DNA of 64,000 nt from Pseudomonadales bacterium (lineage in GTDB: Bacteria > Pseudomonadota > Gammaproteobacteria > Pseudomonadales > JAHEIH01), in assembly GCA_035458985.1 (NCBI GenBank), contig DATHYR010000176.1:17971-81970 (forward strand), written 5' to 3'. The notes under the pieces are model-generated. The model worked only from the letters and a program-made list of their open reading frames with translations, had not been told where the DNA came from and made no database searches. This document shows positions 41,281 to 53,159 of this stretch, one piece after another; positions within the stretch are counted from its first letter, which is position 1; every line of letters starts with the position of its first letter. The position numbers and the translations under genes are program-made.

Positions 41281-44200
41281 CGCTGGGGTTGTTGACTGGG
41301 TAAGGCACCAACATCAAACAGTTTATTGAACTCGATCACGGGCTCTTCCCATGGGCCGGTGATGTGATACACCACACTCGATAACTTATCGAACTGCTTT
41401 TTAAACAGCTTACTGACAACATACACCCCAACAGCGGCCGGCAGGTTGGCTGTGGCCGCCGTAATCAGTGAAATATTGCCAGTAATCGGCAATATTGCCA
41501 CGAGCGATAAATCAACCTCTCGGCTGACTAAATTCGCACCGCCACTCATAGAGAATTCACTCGAAGGTCCTTCAATCTCAATACTATCCAAAATATCCAT
41601 AGTGCCTTCAGCAAAGCGCATTTGACCAACCACGTTGTCGTATCTCACCCCGCCATTGGTGAGATCTGAAAAATCTAACTTCAAGCGTTGTACCAACGCG
41701 CCAAAATTGAATAAGTTGGTAATATTTAAGGCACTGGTCGCCGAATCGGGCACATTGAGAAACATACCATTAGCGATATCAAGCGCCACCTCTCCGGTGA
41801 CATCCTGTATCGCAACATCTGTTGGCCGTCCCTGCCACTGTGCTTGAATATCAAAACTAGCACGCTCACTTGTCATTGTTGCAGGAACGCCAAAGGTTTC
41901 CATGTACTCGGCAATGTTACCCAATTTGAAGACACCATCGAGTCGCGTCAAAGACTGCTCGCCACGCTGCCAATAGAAATTGGCGCCTACACTGGCGTCG
42001 TTTCCTTCAATGATCAAATCGCCATGCTTCGCCAACACATTTTCAACCGCTAGCAGGTTGTCGCGGCTGCGTAAATCAAATGCCCAATTACCCAACACCT
42101 TGTCACCTCGGCGTAATTCGCCGATAGAAGCATCCAGCGAAGGGATACGCGTAAAATCCAGCGCATCCCAAAACTGATCACTGTTCGCTTGGTTAACACT
42201 GTCTGCCTCAGGGAGGAATGCGTCAAGATCAAGATATTCCAACGCGAGTCGCGGCGGTCGACCATCACTGTAAAAGGCGGCTGTGCCGCGAGCGGCGTCA
42301 TCGTCAACAAAGAAATGCCAAAAGTCCAAGACGCTGTCACCAAAGGCATCGATGTCTTGCATTGGGTAACCGAATATATCGATTTCATGGATATGAAGCT
42401 GACGAATACCCATGCGCAGTGGCTGTTCCTTATCTGTCTCGCGCTTGGCAAAATGATCGACATAGGGCATCCACTCTGCCAAAACCAAACGATCGACACT
42501 GCCTGTTACATAAACGCCAGGCAAAACGGGAAGCGGCTCGGCACTGGCCTGCCATCCAATCTGCATCCCCGTCACAGAAAAGTCCTTAAGCTGTGCGTTG
42601 ATATCTAAGCGATCTGCGATATCGAGGGTCAGTGATTGCTGGCCACTGTTCAGGGTCAGCCCCCCCTTTAATGGCCAAACCTCTTGAGCCAATTTATTAA
42701 AAGGCGCAGGCATGTCATTTTGTATCCCCTGCAACATCGAACTAAATTGTAGACGCGAGCCTTTATTATCATTGATTAACGCGGCTTTTATCGCTGCCGT
42801 CCCCTTGGCAAAATCAAACACCGGTGTGTTAAGCCATTGCCCCAAGGCAGCAATATCGATGGTGCCATCGAGGGCGAGCTGGGGTATCCAAACGCCGTCT
42901 ATTTTCTGACTACTTACCCTCGTGCTGACCTCTTGGCCAAGGAAGCGGCCACGCAATAGTCGACTGGTCAGACCACGGTCGTGGCGATAATGTAAGGCAC
43001 CATTAATGTCATCAAACTGCAAACGCGCACTCGGTTGATGAAATTGATTGTTCTCCAAAGTAACGTCCAGATCGATGGTATAAGCCTCAATCATAGGCTT
43101 CTCACCGCTCAGAGGGAGACCTAATTGAATTTTTCCAAGACTTCTACCACTCGCCTGCCATGTCGATAAAATAGGCGCGAGGTTTTTTTTCAAAGGGGAA
43201 TCTAACAGCAATGCTACCAGCGCACTGGTATCTGCCTGCAAATCGCCATCGATCGCCAACCAACTGGCAAAGCCCTGTTCCGGACGGGCATAGGCAACAA
43301 CATCCTGTAACGTAATCCCTTTTGATTGCGCCTCTACTAACGCCACATCTACCTCGGCATCGTCGACATTCACCACCGCCGACATGCCGGTGATACGCGG
43401 CCAATCTGGTGAATATTGCAGCGTGGCATCACGTGTCACAAAGTTCATCTGCAAGGTGCGCTCAACAGCATCACTCTTAGGGACAATTGACCCTCGATAA
43501 AGCACCGCAGCGCTCTCTACACGGCCCTCTTGTAACGACGTCACTAGCCATTCTCTCAACCCTTCAGTCAACGTGAAGGGCAAATATTTCTCCACACTGC
43601 TGACCTGACCGTCTTGTAATCCCACCAGCAAATCCATACTGGCATGGCGATATGGATGATCGCTGCGCGGAAAATTTAAACCAAGAAAGCCACTAATATT
43701 GCCATCCGAGCCATTGACCACAAATCGATTGCTGCGAAGAGACCATCCCTCGCTGTCACTACGCCATCTAAAGTCGCCCTGCATATGGTCATAACTCAAG
43801 GCATTAAGATAGGTATTGGGCAAACTCAGCTGAAATTGCTGGCTACTTATATTTAGGCTGCCACTGGCTGCTGTGCCTCGCACCACGCCGGATATGTTCT
43901 TACCGGCAGGTAAATTTTGGTAAGAACTGACACTGACCTGCTCAAGGCGACCACTAAATCGGGTAGCCGCATAATCGTCCATAGGCATAGCGACATGTAA
44001 TGCCTTGACGTTGCCACTGGGTTTTAAACCCTCCAGCACCTGGATAAACGCGCTCTCTTGCAGTGCGGGTACTTCCATCAAGACACTGTGTATTAATTCC
44101 AAATTAATACTGGGGGCACTGATTTTTAACAGCGGCTGCTCATTTTCTCTCGCCATAACAACCCGCAATGCTTCTTGCGTAAAGCGCTTATGAAAATCAA

Positions 44201-45125
44201 ACGCCGTGTTGCTGAGCGACAAATCCCATTGCTGAGGTGATTGATAACTGAATAAAAAATCGCTTTGCGCATTGTTAACGTCCCCAATATTGGCAAGGAG
44301 TTTCGACAAATCCAGTCTTGGCACCGAAAACGAACCCTGAGCATTGAGGCCACGGGTTGGATGCCAGTCCAACCACATTTCGGTGGACGCGGATAGATCG
44401 GCGGGGATGGGGTTATCCTCAAGGACATTGTCTAACCCAAGGCGGTCGAAATTCACATCTGCGGCGGTGATGTAAGCCTTGGCCCGCAGCGAACGAGCAT
44501 CTACCAAACTACCATTGGTTTCTACTACAAAGCTCAATGGCGCATTGTTGAGCACCAATTCACCATTCAGGCGACGAAATTTATCATGCCGACCAAGCTC
44601 GAAAAACAGATCGATGTCCCCAAGCATCGTCACTAGATGACTTCGCTCGACGGTGATCATGTCGGCGTATTCTAGGGTACTGAGAAATTGAAGCCATAGT
44701 TCTTGCCACGGGACATCGCCTTGCTCACTCGGCAATGCTCGACGATTTTCGACCAAATCCAGCTGCAAACCACTGACCACTAAGTGGTCAAGCCGCACCC
44801 CGCGGTCGCGCGCACTGGCCAATACATTAACACTGGCCGTCAACTGTTCAACGTCGATGAAATCGAGGGTGTCAGTGTCACGCCGAATACGTACTTTCGA
44901 TAATTCTAGGATTGGCGACAAGCGATGCCACGACACAGACAACTGCTCCGCCTGGACTTCTACCGGGCTGTAGCGATTGAGAAACGCTAGGATCGGGGTT
45001 TTGTAAGCACCGGCTAAGGGCGCGTAATATTGGCCTAAGCTCGCATATACAGCGATGAGCAAGATCAAACCAACGCTGAATCGACTCAGTACATACCAGA
45101 TAATATTGCGCGACCAAATGAGCAC
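41277..45125 (-). CDS. yhdP: AsmA-like / YhdP family large inner-membrane-anchored protein
   Basis: 1282 aa with a single N-terminal TM helix and a long beta-rich body. It lies downstream of mreBCD-maf-rng, exactly as E. coli yhdP does. Confidence 0.85.
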   Translation of the reverse strand: MLIWSRNIIWYVLSRFSVGLILLIAVYASLGQYYAPLAGAYKTPILAFLNRYSPVEVQAEQLSVSWHRLSPILELSKVRIRRDTDTLDFIDVEQLTASVNVLASARDRGVRLDHLVVSGLQLDLVENRRALPSEQGDVPWQELWLQFLSTLEYADMITVERSHLVTMLGDIDLFFELGRHDKFRRLNGELVLNNAPLSFVVETNGSLVDARSLRAKAYITAADVNFDRLGLDNVLEDNPIPADLSASTEMWLDWHPTRGLNAQGSFSVPRLDLSKLLANIGDVNNAQSDFLFSYQSPQQWDLSLSNTAFDFHKRFTQEALRVVMARENEQPLLKISAPSINLELIHSVLMEVPALQESAFIQVLEGLKPSGNVKALHVAMPMDDYAATRFSGRLEQVSVSSYQNLPAGKNISGVVRGTAASGSLNISSQQFQLSLPNTYLNALSYDHMQGDFRWRSDSEGWSLRSNRFVVNGSDGNISGFLGLNFPRSDHPYRHASMDLLVGLQDGQVSSVEKYLPFTLTEGLREWLVTSLQEGRVESAAVLYRGSIVPKSDAVERTLQMNFVTRDATLQYSPDWPRITGMSAVVNVDDAEVDVALVEAQSKGITLQDVVAYARPEQGFASWLAIDGDLQADTSALVALLLDSPLKKNLAPILSTWQASGRSLGKIQLGLPLSGEKPMIEAYTIDLDVTLENNQFHQPSARLQFDDINGALHYRHDRGLTSRLLRGRFLGQEVSTRVSSQKIDGVWIPQLALDGTIDIAALGQWLNTPVFDFAKGTAAIKAALINDNKGSRLQFSSMLQGIQNDMPAPFNKLAQEVWPLKGGLTLNSGQQSLTLDIADRLDINAQLKDFSVTGMQIGWQASAEPLPVLPGVYVTGSVDRLVLAEWMPYVDHFAKRETDKEQPLRMGIRQLHIHEIDIFGYPMQDIDAFGDSVLDFWHFFVDDDAARGTAAFYSDGRPPRLALEYLDLDAFLPEADSVNQANSDQFWDALDFTRIPSLDASIGELRRGDKVLGNWAFDLRSRDNLLAVENVLAKHGDLIIEGNDASVGANFYWQRGEQSLTRLDGVFKLGNIAEYMETFGVPATMTSERASFDIQAQWQGRPTDVAIQDVTGEVALDIANGMFLNVPDSATSALNITNLFNFGALVQRLKLDFSDLTNGGVRYDNVVGQMRFAEGTMDILDSIEIEGPSSEFSMSGGANLVSREVDLSLVAILPITGNISLITAATANLPAAVGVYVVSKLFKKQFDKLSSVVYHITGPWEEPVIEFNKLFDVGALPSQQPQR

Positions 45126-45134
45126 ATTCGCCTC

Positions 45135-46616
45135 CTACATCAACACGATGTCGAACTGCTCTTGCCCGTAAAGCGGTTCAACTTGGAAGCGAATGGTTTT
45201 GCCGATGAACTCTTCAAGATCGGCCACGTGGGCTGACTCCTCGTCCAACAGCCGATCGATAACACTTTGCGATGCCAACACTAAGTAGTTAGCACTGGCA
45301 TACGCGCGCTCCTCGCGAAGAATATCGCGAAAAATTTCGTAACACACCGTTTGAGCGGTTTTGACGCTGCCACTGCCATGGCAAACATGACAAGGTTCGC
45401 AGAGGGTATGCTCTAAACTCTCACGGGTTCGCTTGCGCGTCATTTGCACAAGCCCCAACTCTGAGAATCCACTCACCACAACCTTGGCAAGATCTTTTTC
45501 GAGGGCTTTTTCAAGGTTGCGTAAGACCTGACGTTGATGCTCTGGGTCACGCATATCGATAAAATCGATAATGATAATGCCACCCAAATTGCGTAAGCGA
45601 ATCTGCCTGGCTAACGCCGTAGCCGCCTCTAAATTGGTCTTGAAAATGGTCTCGCGCAGGTTGCGATGGCCAACAAAGGCGCCGGTATTCACGTCGATGG
45701 TCGTCATCGCTTCTGTCTGGTCGATAATTAGATATCCACCCGACTTCAGGTCGACGCGCTTCTCTAACGCACGCTGAATTTCCTCTTCGACGTTGTAGAG
45801 CTCAAAGATTGGCCGCTCACCGGGGTAATACTCGAGCTTATCAAGCATTTGCGGCACTATGCGGGCAACAAACTCCGTTAACTTTTGGAAAGTTTCTCGC
45901 GAGTCAATGCGAATTCGCTCGAGATTTGGGCGCCACAAATCCCTGACAGTGCGCATATACAGTGGCAGATCGCTATACATTTTACCGGGCACAGGTACTT
46001 GCTGGCGGCGCTCTTCGACGCTTATCCATAGCCTCACTGCAAATTCCATGTCGGCTTTAAGTGTCGCAGCATCGACACCTTCCGACGCCGTACGCACGAT
46101 AAAACCCAGATTTTTGGGTGCATCAGGTAACGCTGCTCGCAAAGCCACCCGCGCTTCATCCACCGCGTAGCGCAGCCGCTCCCGCTCGCCTTCATCCTCA
46201 ATGCGCAGTGATACGCCAATGTGATCATTACATGCACTGAACACAATATAGCGGGAAGACAGCGATAATTGGGTCGTAATACGTGCCCCTTTGCTGCCTA
46301 AACTGTCTTTCAGAACTTGTACTGAAAGTACCTGTCCTTCGTGCACCAAGCTGCGGATATTGACATCCTCGGGAGGCGTTTCTCCGTCACTACCGACAAT
46401 ATCCTGTGCGTGTAAAAAAGCCGCTTTTTCTAACCCTATATCGACAAAAGCCGCTTGCATGCCAGGCAGCACGCGAATCACTTTGCCGCGGTAAATATTA
46501 CCGACAATGCCACGATTGGAACTGCGCTCCACATGCATTTCTTGGAGCACACCGTTTTCGACCACCGCGACCCGGGTCTCAGAGGGGGTAACATTAAGAA
46601 GAATCTCCTCTTTCAC
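45135..46616 (-). CDS. rng: ribonuclease G
   Basis: 493 aa with an S1 domain (GNIYRGKV..V.PGMQAAFVDIG) and an RNase E/G catalytic core (IIDQTEAMTTIDVNTG). Confidence 0.95.
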   Translation of the reverse strand: MKEEILLNVTPSETRVAVVENGVLQEMHVERSSNRGIVGNIYRGKVIRVLPGMQAAFVDIGLEKAAFLHAQDIVGSDGETPPEDVNIRSLVHEGQVLSVQVLKDSLGSKGARITTQLSLSSRYIVFSACNDHIGVSLRIEDEGERERLRYAVDEARVALRAALPDAPKNLGFIVRTASEGVDAATLKADMEFAVRLWISVEERRQQVPVPGKMYSDLPLYMRTVRDLWRPNLERIRIDSRETFQKLTEFVARIVPQMLDKLEYYPGERPIFELYNVEEEIQRALEKRVDLKSGGYLIIDQTEAMTTIDVNTGAFVGHRNLRETIFKTNLEAATALARQIRLRNLGGIIIIDFIDMRDPEHQRQVLRNLEKALEKDLAKVVVSGFSELGLVQMTRKRTRESLEHTLCEPCHVCHGSGSVKTAQTVCYEIFRDILREERAYASANYLVLASQSVIDRLLDEESAHVADLEEFIGKTIRFQVEPLYGQEQFDIVLM

Positions 46617-47182
46617 GCGCCCTCCATCACCCCAGCGCGGGTGAGCATCTGTGCCACCTCAAATAAGGGTAACCCCATCACACCACTGTAACTCCCATGA
46701 ATGCGCTCGACGAATTTAGCACCGAGCCCTTGTATGGCATACGCACCGGCTTTGTCGATGGGCTCACCTGTGTGCCAATAGGCCTCAATCTCAGTATCGC
46801 TTAGGGGGCGAAACCAAACCTCGGTCAGATTCACTGCCCGCTGGCATTCACTGCCTAACACACATACCGAGGTCATCACCTGATGCGAACGCCCCGACAA
46901 GCGGCGCAGCATATCGCGAGCATCCTGGTGGTGCCTCGGTTTGCCCAACACCTCACCGGCTACCACAACCGAAGTATCGGACGCGAGAATCACTGCAGAT
47001 GGAAAATGGGGGGCGATCGCCTCGGCTTTTTGTTGGGCCATTCTCATGACGTAGTCATAGGCGGGCTCATCAACGGCGGGCGTTTCATCAATATCTGCTG
47101 CGCACACGTCAAACGCCACCCCAATTTGACGGAGAAGTTCGGCGCGTCTAGGCGAGGCGGAGGCCAGTACCAAGGTCTTCAT
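46613..47182 (-). CDS. maf: Maf-like nucleoside triphosphate pyrophosphatase (YhdE)
   Basis: The likely start ATG 47182 (MKTLVLASASPRRAELL) overlaps the mreD stop. The motif DKAGAYAIQG is present. The ORF extends to 47263. Confidence 0.92.
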   Translation of the reverse strand: MKTLVLASASPRRAELLRQIGVAFDVCAADIDETPAVDEPAYDYVMRMAQQKAEAIAPHFPSAVILASDTSVVVAGEVLGKPRHHQDARDMLRRLSGRSHQVMTSVCVLGSECQRAVNLTEVWFRPLSDTEIEAYWHTGEPIDKAGAYAIQGLGAKFVERIHGSYSGVMGLPLFEVAQMLTRAGVMEGA

Positions 47183-47664
47183 ATGAGATGAAATATCCTT
47201 GCCACGACCCGCAGATAGGCGTAGATCAATGGCCAGACGAGTGCACTTGTTAAAGCGGTCCACAGACTTTCCAAACCACTATGGGGCATCGAGTAAATAT
47301 TTTTTGCCCAAAAGGTCAGCAGCGAGCACGCGGCGGCCAACACAAACACCATCCAGGTTTGCAACCACACACTGTAAATACGAAAACGCGGCCCAATAAA
47401 AATGGCCAGGGCCACGCTGATCGCCATGGCAAAGGCATTCACACCGAGCGGATAGCCCACGACAACATCCAGCCATAAACCGGCAAACCAGGCCCAACCT
47501 ACACCGTGTTTGAGAGGAAAGTAGATGGCCCAAAACATGGAGGTAATAAACACCCATTGGGGCATCCAGATGGCCCATTCCCAGTTATAGGGGATCAATG
47601 TTAGGCCATAAGCCAAGACAAAACTGATAACGATGGACGAGTTTTCGCCCTTAATTACCGCCAT
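47179..47664 (-). CDS. mreD: rod shape-determining protein MreD
   Basis: About 161 aa of polytopic hydrophobic protein after mreC. The likely start is ATG 47664; the ORF extends to 47715. Confidence 0.88.
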   Translation of the reverse strand: MAVIKGENSSIVISFVLAYGLTLIPYNWEWAIWMPQWVFITSMFWAIYFPLKHGVGWAWFAGLWLDVVVGYPLGVNAFAMAISVALAIFIGPRFRIYSVWLQTWMVFVLAAACSLLTFWAKNIYSMPHSGLESLWTALTSALVWPLIYAYLRVVARIFHLI

Positions 47665-48508
47665 TAGCAGCCTCCGCCTGCAGAACAGACTGGGTCGCGA
47701 ACAGCAGCAACACATAGCGACTACGATTGAGTGCTGCGGTCGGCATCGCGGTAATAGAAGCGAACGGCTTACCGGGGTCTGTGGTCACTGACGTCACCGT
47801 CGCCACGGGGTAACCTCGGGGGAAGCGTTGCCCCAAACCGGAGCTCACTAAGATATCGCCCACTTGGATATCTGTCGTGGCTGGCACGTGGAGTAACTCG
47901 AGTGTATCCAACCTACCCAGTCCGCGAAGCACTGAACGGACACCATTGCGATTGACCTCCACAGGGATCGCATGGCTGGCATCAGAAATAAGAATCGCAC
48001 GGCTAAAACTGGCCTGAACTTCGACAATCTGCCCCATCAAGCCACTGGCATCGAGCACCGCCTGGCCCAAATACACACCATCGTCACCACCGCGGTTAAT
48101 CACCACCGTGTGATAGTCTGGATCGGGCGAGATGGCGATCAGCTCTGCCACCTGCAATCGACCTTTAACTTGGGCCGACGAATTTAAGAGTTCGCGCAAC
48201 TGCGCGTTTTCGGCTTCAAGTACAGCCAAGCGCTGCGCCATGGTCCGCAAGACCAGCACTTCATTGCGCAGTGATTCATTACTACGCTGCAGGTCACCTC
48301 GCGACACCACCGTCACCCGCCACCATTCTGAGATCGCAGCGGGTGCATCAATAATGTGATATAGCGGAGAAACGACACTGGACATGGCGGCACGCACAGG
48401 CGCCGTCCACCCCATACGGTAGTCAGCAATAATAAGAAAAAGAGCGATTAACCCAAACACAAGGGCCCTCGCAAAAAGCGAAGGCCCTTTTAAGAAAAGC
48501 GGCTTCAT
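47651..48508 (-). CDS. mreC: rod shape-determining protein MreC
   Basis: 285 aa with an N-terminal anchor and a coiled coil (LAVLEAENAQLRELL). Beta-barrel domains follow (GD.LVSSGLGQRFPRGYPVA). Confidence 0.93.
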   Translation of the reverse strand: MKPLFLKGPSLFARALVFGLIALFLIIADYRMGWTAPVRAAMSSVVSPLYHIIDAPAAISEWWRVTVVSRGDLQRSNESLRNEVLVLRTMAQRLAVLEAENAQLRELLNSSAQVKGRLQVAELIAISPDPDYHTVVINRGGDDGVYLGQAVLDASGLMGQIVEVQASFSRAILISDASHAIPVEVNRNGVRSVLRGLGRLDTLELLHVPATTDIQVGDILVSSGLGQRFPRGYPVATVTSVTTDPGKPFASITAMPTAALNRSRYVLLLFATQSVLQAEAANGGN

Positions 48509-48529
48509 TCGTTAGCCTCGCCGCGACAC

Positions 48530-49576
<1,047 letters not shown>

Positions 49577-49799
49577 TTAAACTTGAACAAGGCCTACCGA
49601 AGCAGGCTAAATCGTTGTTTTAATGCGACAGATTCTATACGAACTAAAAAAAATTTGTTCGCCAATTTCAGGTTTTTGACAATTAAATCACCAATAAATT
49701 GCAGTTTGATTGGCGATTTATGTTTAGGGCCTTCGATATGTGGTAAATTTGCTCTTTTTAGCTGGCGGCACCGGTCCGCCAACCAGCGTTGGAGCCCCC

Positions 49800-50087
49800 A
49801 TGGCCATTGATAAACACGAGATTGAAAAACTGTCTCGACTGGCACGCCTGTCTGTGTCGGAAGATGACAGCGCCGATGTCGCCGAACGCATCACCCGCAT
49901 CCTCGATTTGGTCGACCAATTACAAGCGGTTGATACCCATGGCGTCGCCCCGATGTCTCACCCCCTCGATGCGGTGCAACGTTTGCGTGCCGACGAAGTG
50001 AGTGAGACCAACCAGCGAGAGGCGTTTCAAGCCATAGCACCGAATGCGGAACAAGGTCTTTACCTGGTTCCAAAAGTCATCGAATAA
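49800..50087 (+). CDS. gatC: Asp/Glu-tRNA amidotransferase subunit C
   Basis: 95 aa from ATG 49800 (MAIDKHEIEKLSRLARLSVSEDD), preceded by GGAG. The ORF-track start at 49740 is too long. Confidence 0.92.
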   Translation: MAIDKHEIEKLSRLARLSVSEDDSADVAERITRILDLVDQLQAVDTHGVAPMSHPLDAVQRLRADEVSETNQREAFQAIAPNAEQGLYLVPKVIE

Positions 50088-50114
50088 CCCCTGGCCACAA
50101 GGAGATACGCTGAC

Positions 50115-51569
50115 ATGCATCAGCTGACTGTCGCCCAGATTGCGCAAGGTCTGCGCGAGAAACAATTTTCTAGCGTCGAAATCACGCAGCACTATCTCAA
50201 CCGCATTGCTGCCAAAGATGACACCCTGCGTGCCTTCATCACGGTCTGCCCTGAGCGCGCCCTTGCCCAAGCGGCCGCCGCCGATGCGCGCCTCGCCAGT
50301 GGCAATGCGGCGCCATTGACGGGCATACCGATTGCGCACAAGGATATTTTCTGCACTAAAGGCGTTAAAACTACTTGCGCCTCAAAAATGCTGGATAATT
50401 TTATCGCGCCCTACGATGCCACCGTGGTTGAAAACCTCGATCGCGCAGGGACTGTCATGCTGGGCAAGACCAATATGGACGAGTTCGCCATGGGCTCATC
50501 CAACGAGACAAGTTTTTATGGTACGCCACGTAACCCCTGGGATCTCGATCGCGTCGCCGGTGGCTCATCGGGCGGAAGTGCCGCCGCGGTGGCGGCGCAA
50601 TTAGCCCCCATTGCGAGTGGTACCGATACCGGTGGTTCCATTCGACAACCCGCTTCGCTGTGCGGCTTGAGTGGTATTAAACCTACCTATGGCAGAGTAT
50701 CACGCTGGGGCATGATCGCTTTTGCTTCTAGTCTTGACCAGGCCGGCGTCATCGCTCGCAATGCTGAAGATGCTGCACTCATGCTGCAGGACATGGCAAG
50801 CCACGATCTCAAGGATTCTACCAATAGCGATCATCCCATCGATGACTTCAGTGCCAAACTTAACCAGTCTTTACAAGGCGTGCGCATTGGTATTCCTAAG
50901 CAGTATTTCGGCACTGGCTTAGATAGCCAAACGGGCGACGCCGTGCACGGGGCTCTCGAGCAATACCGTGCCATGGGTGCCGAATTGATTGAGATCGATC
51001 TCCCCCATACCGACCTGGCGGTGCCTGCCTATTATGTCATTGCTCCCGCCGAAGCCTCTGCCAACCTATCCCGGTTCGACGGTGTACGTTACGGCCACCG
51101 CTGCGACAACCCAAGCGACTTGATGGACCTTTACATGCGCAGCCGCGCGGAAGGCTTTGGCGACGAGGTTAAGCGTCGCATCATGGTAGGCACCTATGCG
51201 TTGTCGGCAGGCTATTACGATGCTTACTTTCGCAAAGCGCAGCAAGTTCGTCGCTTAATTAGCCAAGATTTCCAGCACGCATTTTCAACCGTCGACTTTA
51301 TTGCGGGCCCCACTTGCCCGCAACCCGCCTTCAAACTTGGCGAAAAAACCTCTGATCCTGTGGCGATGTACTTGGAAGATATTTACACCATTCCCGTTAG
51401 CCTTGCCGGATTACCGGCCATGTCCATTCCCTGTGGTAGCAGCCATGGCTTACCCGTCGGCCTGCAACTGATTGGCCGTCACTTTGACGAAGCCGGCGTG
51501 TTGCAATTAGCCCACCAATACCAACTGGCCACCGACTGGCATTCCCGCACCCCCGCGGGCTTGGAATAA
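50115..51569 (+). CDS. gatA: Asp/Glu-tRNA amidotransferase subunit A
   Basis: 484 aa with the amidase signature [12 protein letters not shown] and [12 protein letters not shown]. Confidence 0.97.
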   Translation: MHQLTVAQIAQGLREKQFSSVEITQHYLNRIAAKDDTLRAFITVCPERALAQAAAADARLASGNAAPLTGIPIAHKDIFCTKGVKTTCASKMLDNFIAPYDATVVENLDRAGTVMLGKTNMDEFAMGSSNETSFYGTPRNPWDLDRVAGGSSGGSAAAVAAQLAPIASGTDTGGSIRQPASLCGLSGIKPTYGRVSRWGMIAFASSLDQAGVIARNAEDAALMLQDMASHDLKDSTNSDHPIDDFSAKLNQSLQGVRIGIPKQYFGTGLDSQTGDAVHGALEQYRAMGAELIEIDLPHTDLAVPAYYVIAPAEASANLSRFDGVRYGHRCDNPSDLMDLYMRSRAEGFGDEVKRRIMVGTYALSAGYYDAYFRKAQQVRRLISQDFQHAFSTVDFIAGPTCPQPAFKLGEKTSDPVAMYLEDIYTIPVSLAGLPAMSIPCGSSHGLPVGLQLIGRHFDEAGVLQLAHQYQLATDWHSRTPAGLE

Positions 51570-51579
51570 GGAGCGACGC

Positions 51580-53028
51580 ATGAGCTGGGAAACTGTTATC
51601 GGCCTGGAAGTCCACGTGCAACTGGCCACTCAATCGAAAATTTTCTCGGGTAGCAGTACCGCCTTTGGTGCCGAACCCAACACCCAGGCGAGCGCGGTTG
51701 ACCTTGCGCTGCCTGGCACCTTGCCTGTACCCAACGCCAAGGCCTTCGAGTACGCGGTGATGTTCGGGCTTGCCGTCCATGCCGAGATAGGAACAACCTC
51801 GCACTTTGAGCGCAAGAATTACTTCTATCCTGACCTACCCAAAGGCTACCAAACCACCCAGTTAGAACAGCCAATTGTCGGCCCTGGGTATGTCGATATT
51901 AACTTGAGTAATGGCACGTCCAAGCGCATTCGCATCCACCACGCACACCTAGAAGAAGACGCGGGCAAATCACTGCACGAGGACTTCCACGGCATGTCGG
52001 GGATCGACTTAAACCGCGCGGGCACCCCCTTGATCGAAATCGTGTCCGAGCCTGATATGAGCAGCGCTGAAGAAGCGGTAGCTTTCGCCAAGCAATTGCA
52101 CGCCATCGTCACGTCACTCGGCATTTGTGACGGCGAGATGGCTCAAGGGTCGATGCGCTTTGACGTCAACATCTCTGTTCGCCGCCCCGGCGAACCTTTA
52201 GGCACTCGCACCGAAACTAAAAACCTCAATTCGTTTCGTTTCATGGAAGAAGCGATCAAGCTCGAAGTGGAGCGGCAAATTGATGTACTTGAGGATGGCG
52301 GCAAGATTATCCAGGAGACGCGCCTCTACAATGGCGACACCAAAAAAGCCCGCGCCATGCGCAGCAAAGAAGAGGCTAACGACTACCGCTACTTTCCCTG
52401 CCCAGATCTTCTGCCTGTTATCCTAGACGAGAGCTTTGTAGCGCGCGTTCGCCAAAATATTCCAGAACTTCCCGATCAACGCGCCGCGCGCTTTGTCAAC
52501 GATTACCAACTATCCGACTATGATGCAGGCATTTTAGCCGCCGATCGCCACTTATCGGCCTATTTCGAAGCCGCCGCCACTAAGGGTCAAGCTAAATTGT
52601 GCGCCAACTGGATCATGGGAGATATTGCGGCCAGCTTGAATACTCACGACATCACTATCCAGGCCTGCCCAGTGTCACCGGCGCAATTAGCGGGACTCGT
52701 GGCGCGCATTGCCGACGACACCATCTCCAATAAACAAGCAAAACAGGTGTTCGAGTTGTTGTGGAGTGAAGGTGGTAACGCCGATGACATCATTGAAAAA
52801 CACGGCATGAAGCAAGTGTCTGATACGGCGGCACTCGCGCAAATTGTTGAGCAGGTACTGGCCAGCAAACCTCAAGAAGTGGCCAATTATGTGGCTGCCG
52901 AAGAGAGTAAACGCAAAAAAATGATGGGCGCCTTTATGGGACCCATCATGCAGGCGACCAAAGGCCAAGCCAACCCCGGCATGGTCAATCAAATTTTGGC
53001 CCAAAAACTCAACGCCCTACTCAAGTAA
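51580..53028 (+). CDS. gatB: Asp/Glu-tRNA amidotransferase subunit B
   Basis: 482 aa. The sequence [13 protein letters not shown]...[16 protein letters not shown] is typical of GatB. Confidence 0.97.
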   Translation: MSWETVIGLEVHVQLATQSKIFSGSSTAFGAEPNTQASAVDLALPGTLPVPNAKAFEYAVMFGLAVHAEIGTTSHFERKNYFYPDLPKGYQTTQLEQPIVGPGYVDINLSNGTSKRIRIHHAHLEEDAGKSLHEDFHGMSGIDLNRAGTPLIEIVSEPDMSSAEEAVAFAKQLHAIVTSLGICDGEMAQGSMRFDVNISVRRPGEPLGTRTETKNLNSFRFMEEAIKLEVERQIDVLEDGGKIIQETRLYNGDTKKARAMRSKEEANDYRYFPCPDLLPVILDESFVARVRQNIPELPDQRAARFVNDYQLSDYDAGILAADRHLSAYFEAAATKGQAKLCANWIMGDIAASLNTHDITIQACPVSPAQLAGLVARIADDTISNKQAKQVFELLWSEGGNADDIIEKHGMKQVSDTAALAQIVEQVLASKPQEVANYVAAEESKRKKMMGAFMGPIMQATKGQANPGMVNQILAQKLNALLK

Positions 53029-53052
53029 TCAGACAAGACCTTGTGAGAAGTC

Positions 53053-53086
53053 CACGGGAATGGTAGAACACTGTTCCCGTGTTTTT
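53053..53086 (+). terminator. intrinsic terminator after gatCAB
   Basis: An 8-bp stem CACGGGAA/TTCCCGTG with a 13-nt loop, followed by TTTTT. It lies 25 nt after the gatB stop. Confidence 0.7.
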
Positions 53087-53159
53087 GAGCAAGTTGCCCT
53101 CATACGCATTGACCATACCGTGCGACCTGCTCTTCGAATAACTACCAGGAAGACACACT

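Noticed and set aside
42050-42608. Cluster of 120-150-aa alternate-frame ORFs on both strands within yhdP
   Set aside because: They are embedded in an uninterrupted 1282-aa YhdP reading frame. The translations are Cys/Arg/His-rich and look like nonsense. Stop-free alternate frames of this kind are expected by chance in a 3.8-kb gene.
49659-49716. 8-bp inverted repeat TCGCCAAT / ATTGGCGA separated by 42 nt in the mreB-gatC spacer
   Set aside because: The arms are short and AT-rich, and the loop is long. I saw no second copy elsewhere in the window. It is compatible with chance or a simple operator, and I cannot support a call.
49920-50339. 139-aa minus-strand ORF across gatC/gatA, and a 135-aa one at 51397..51804 across gatA/gatB
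   Set aside because: Both are antisense to well-supported gatCAB genes and rich in Arg/Gly. They have no independent support.
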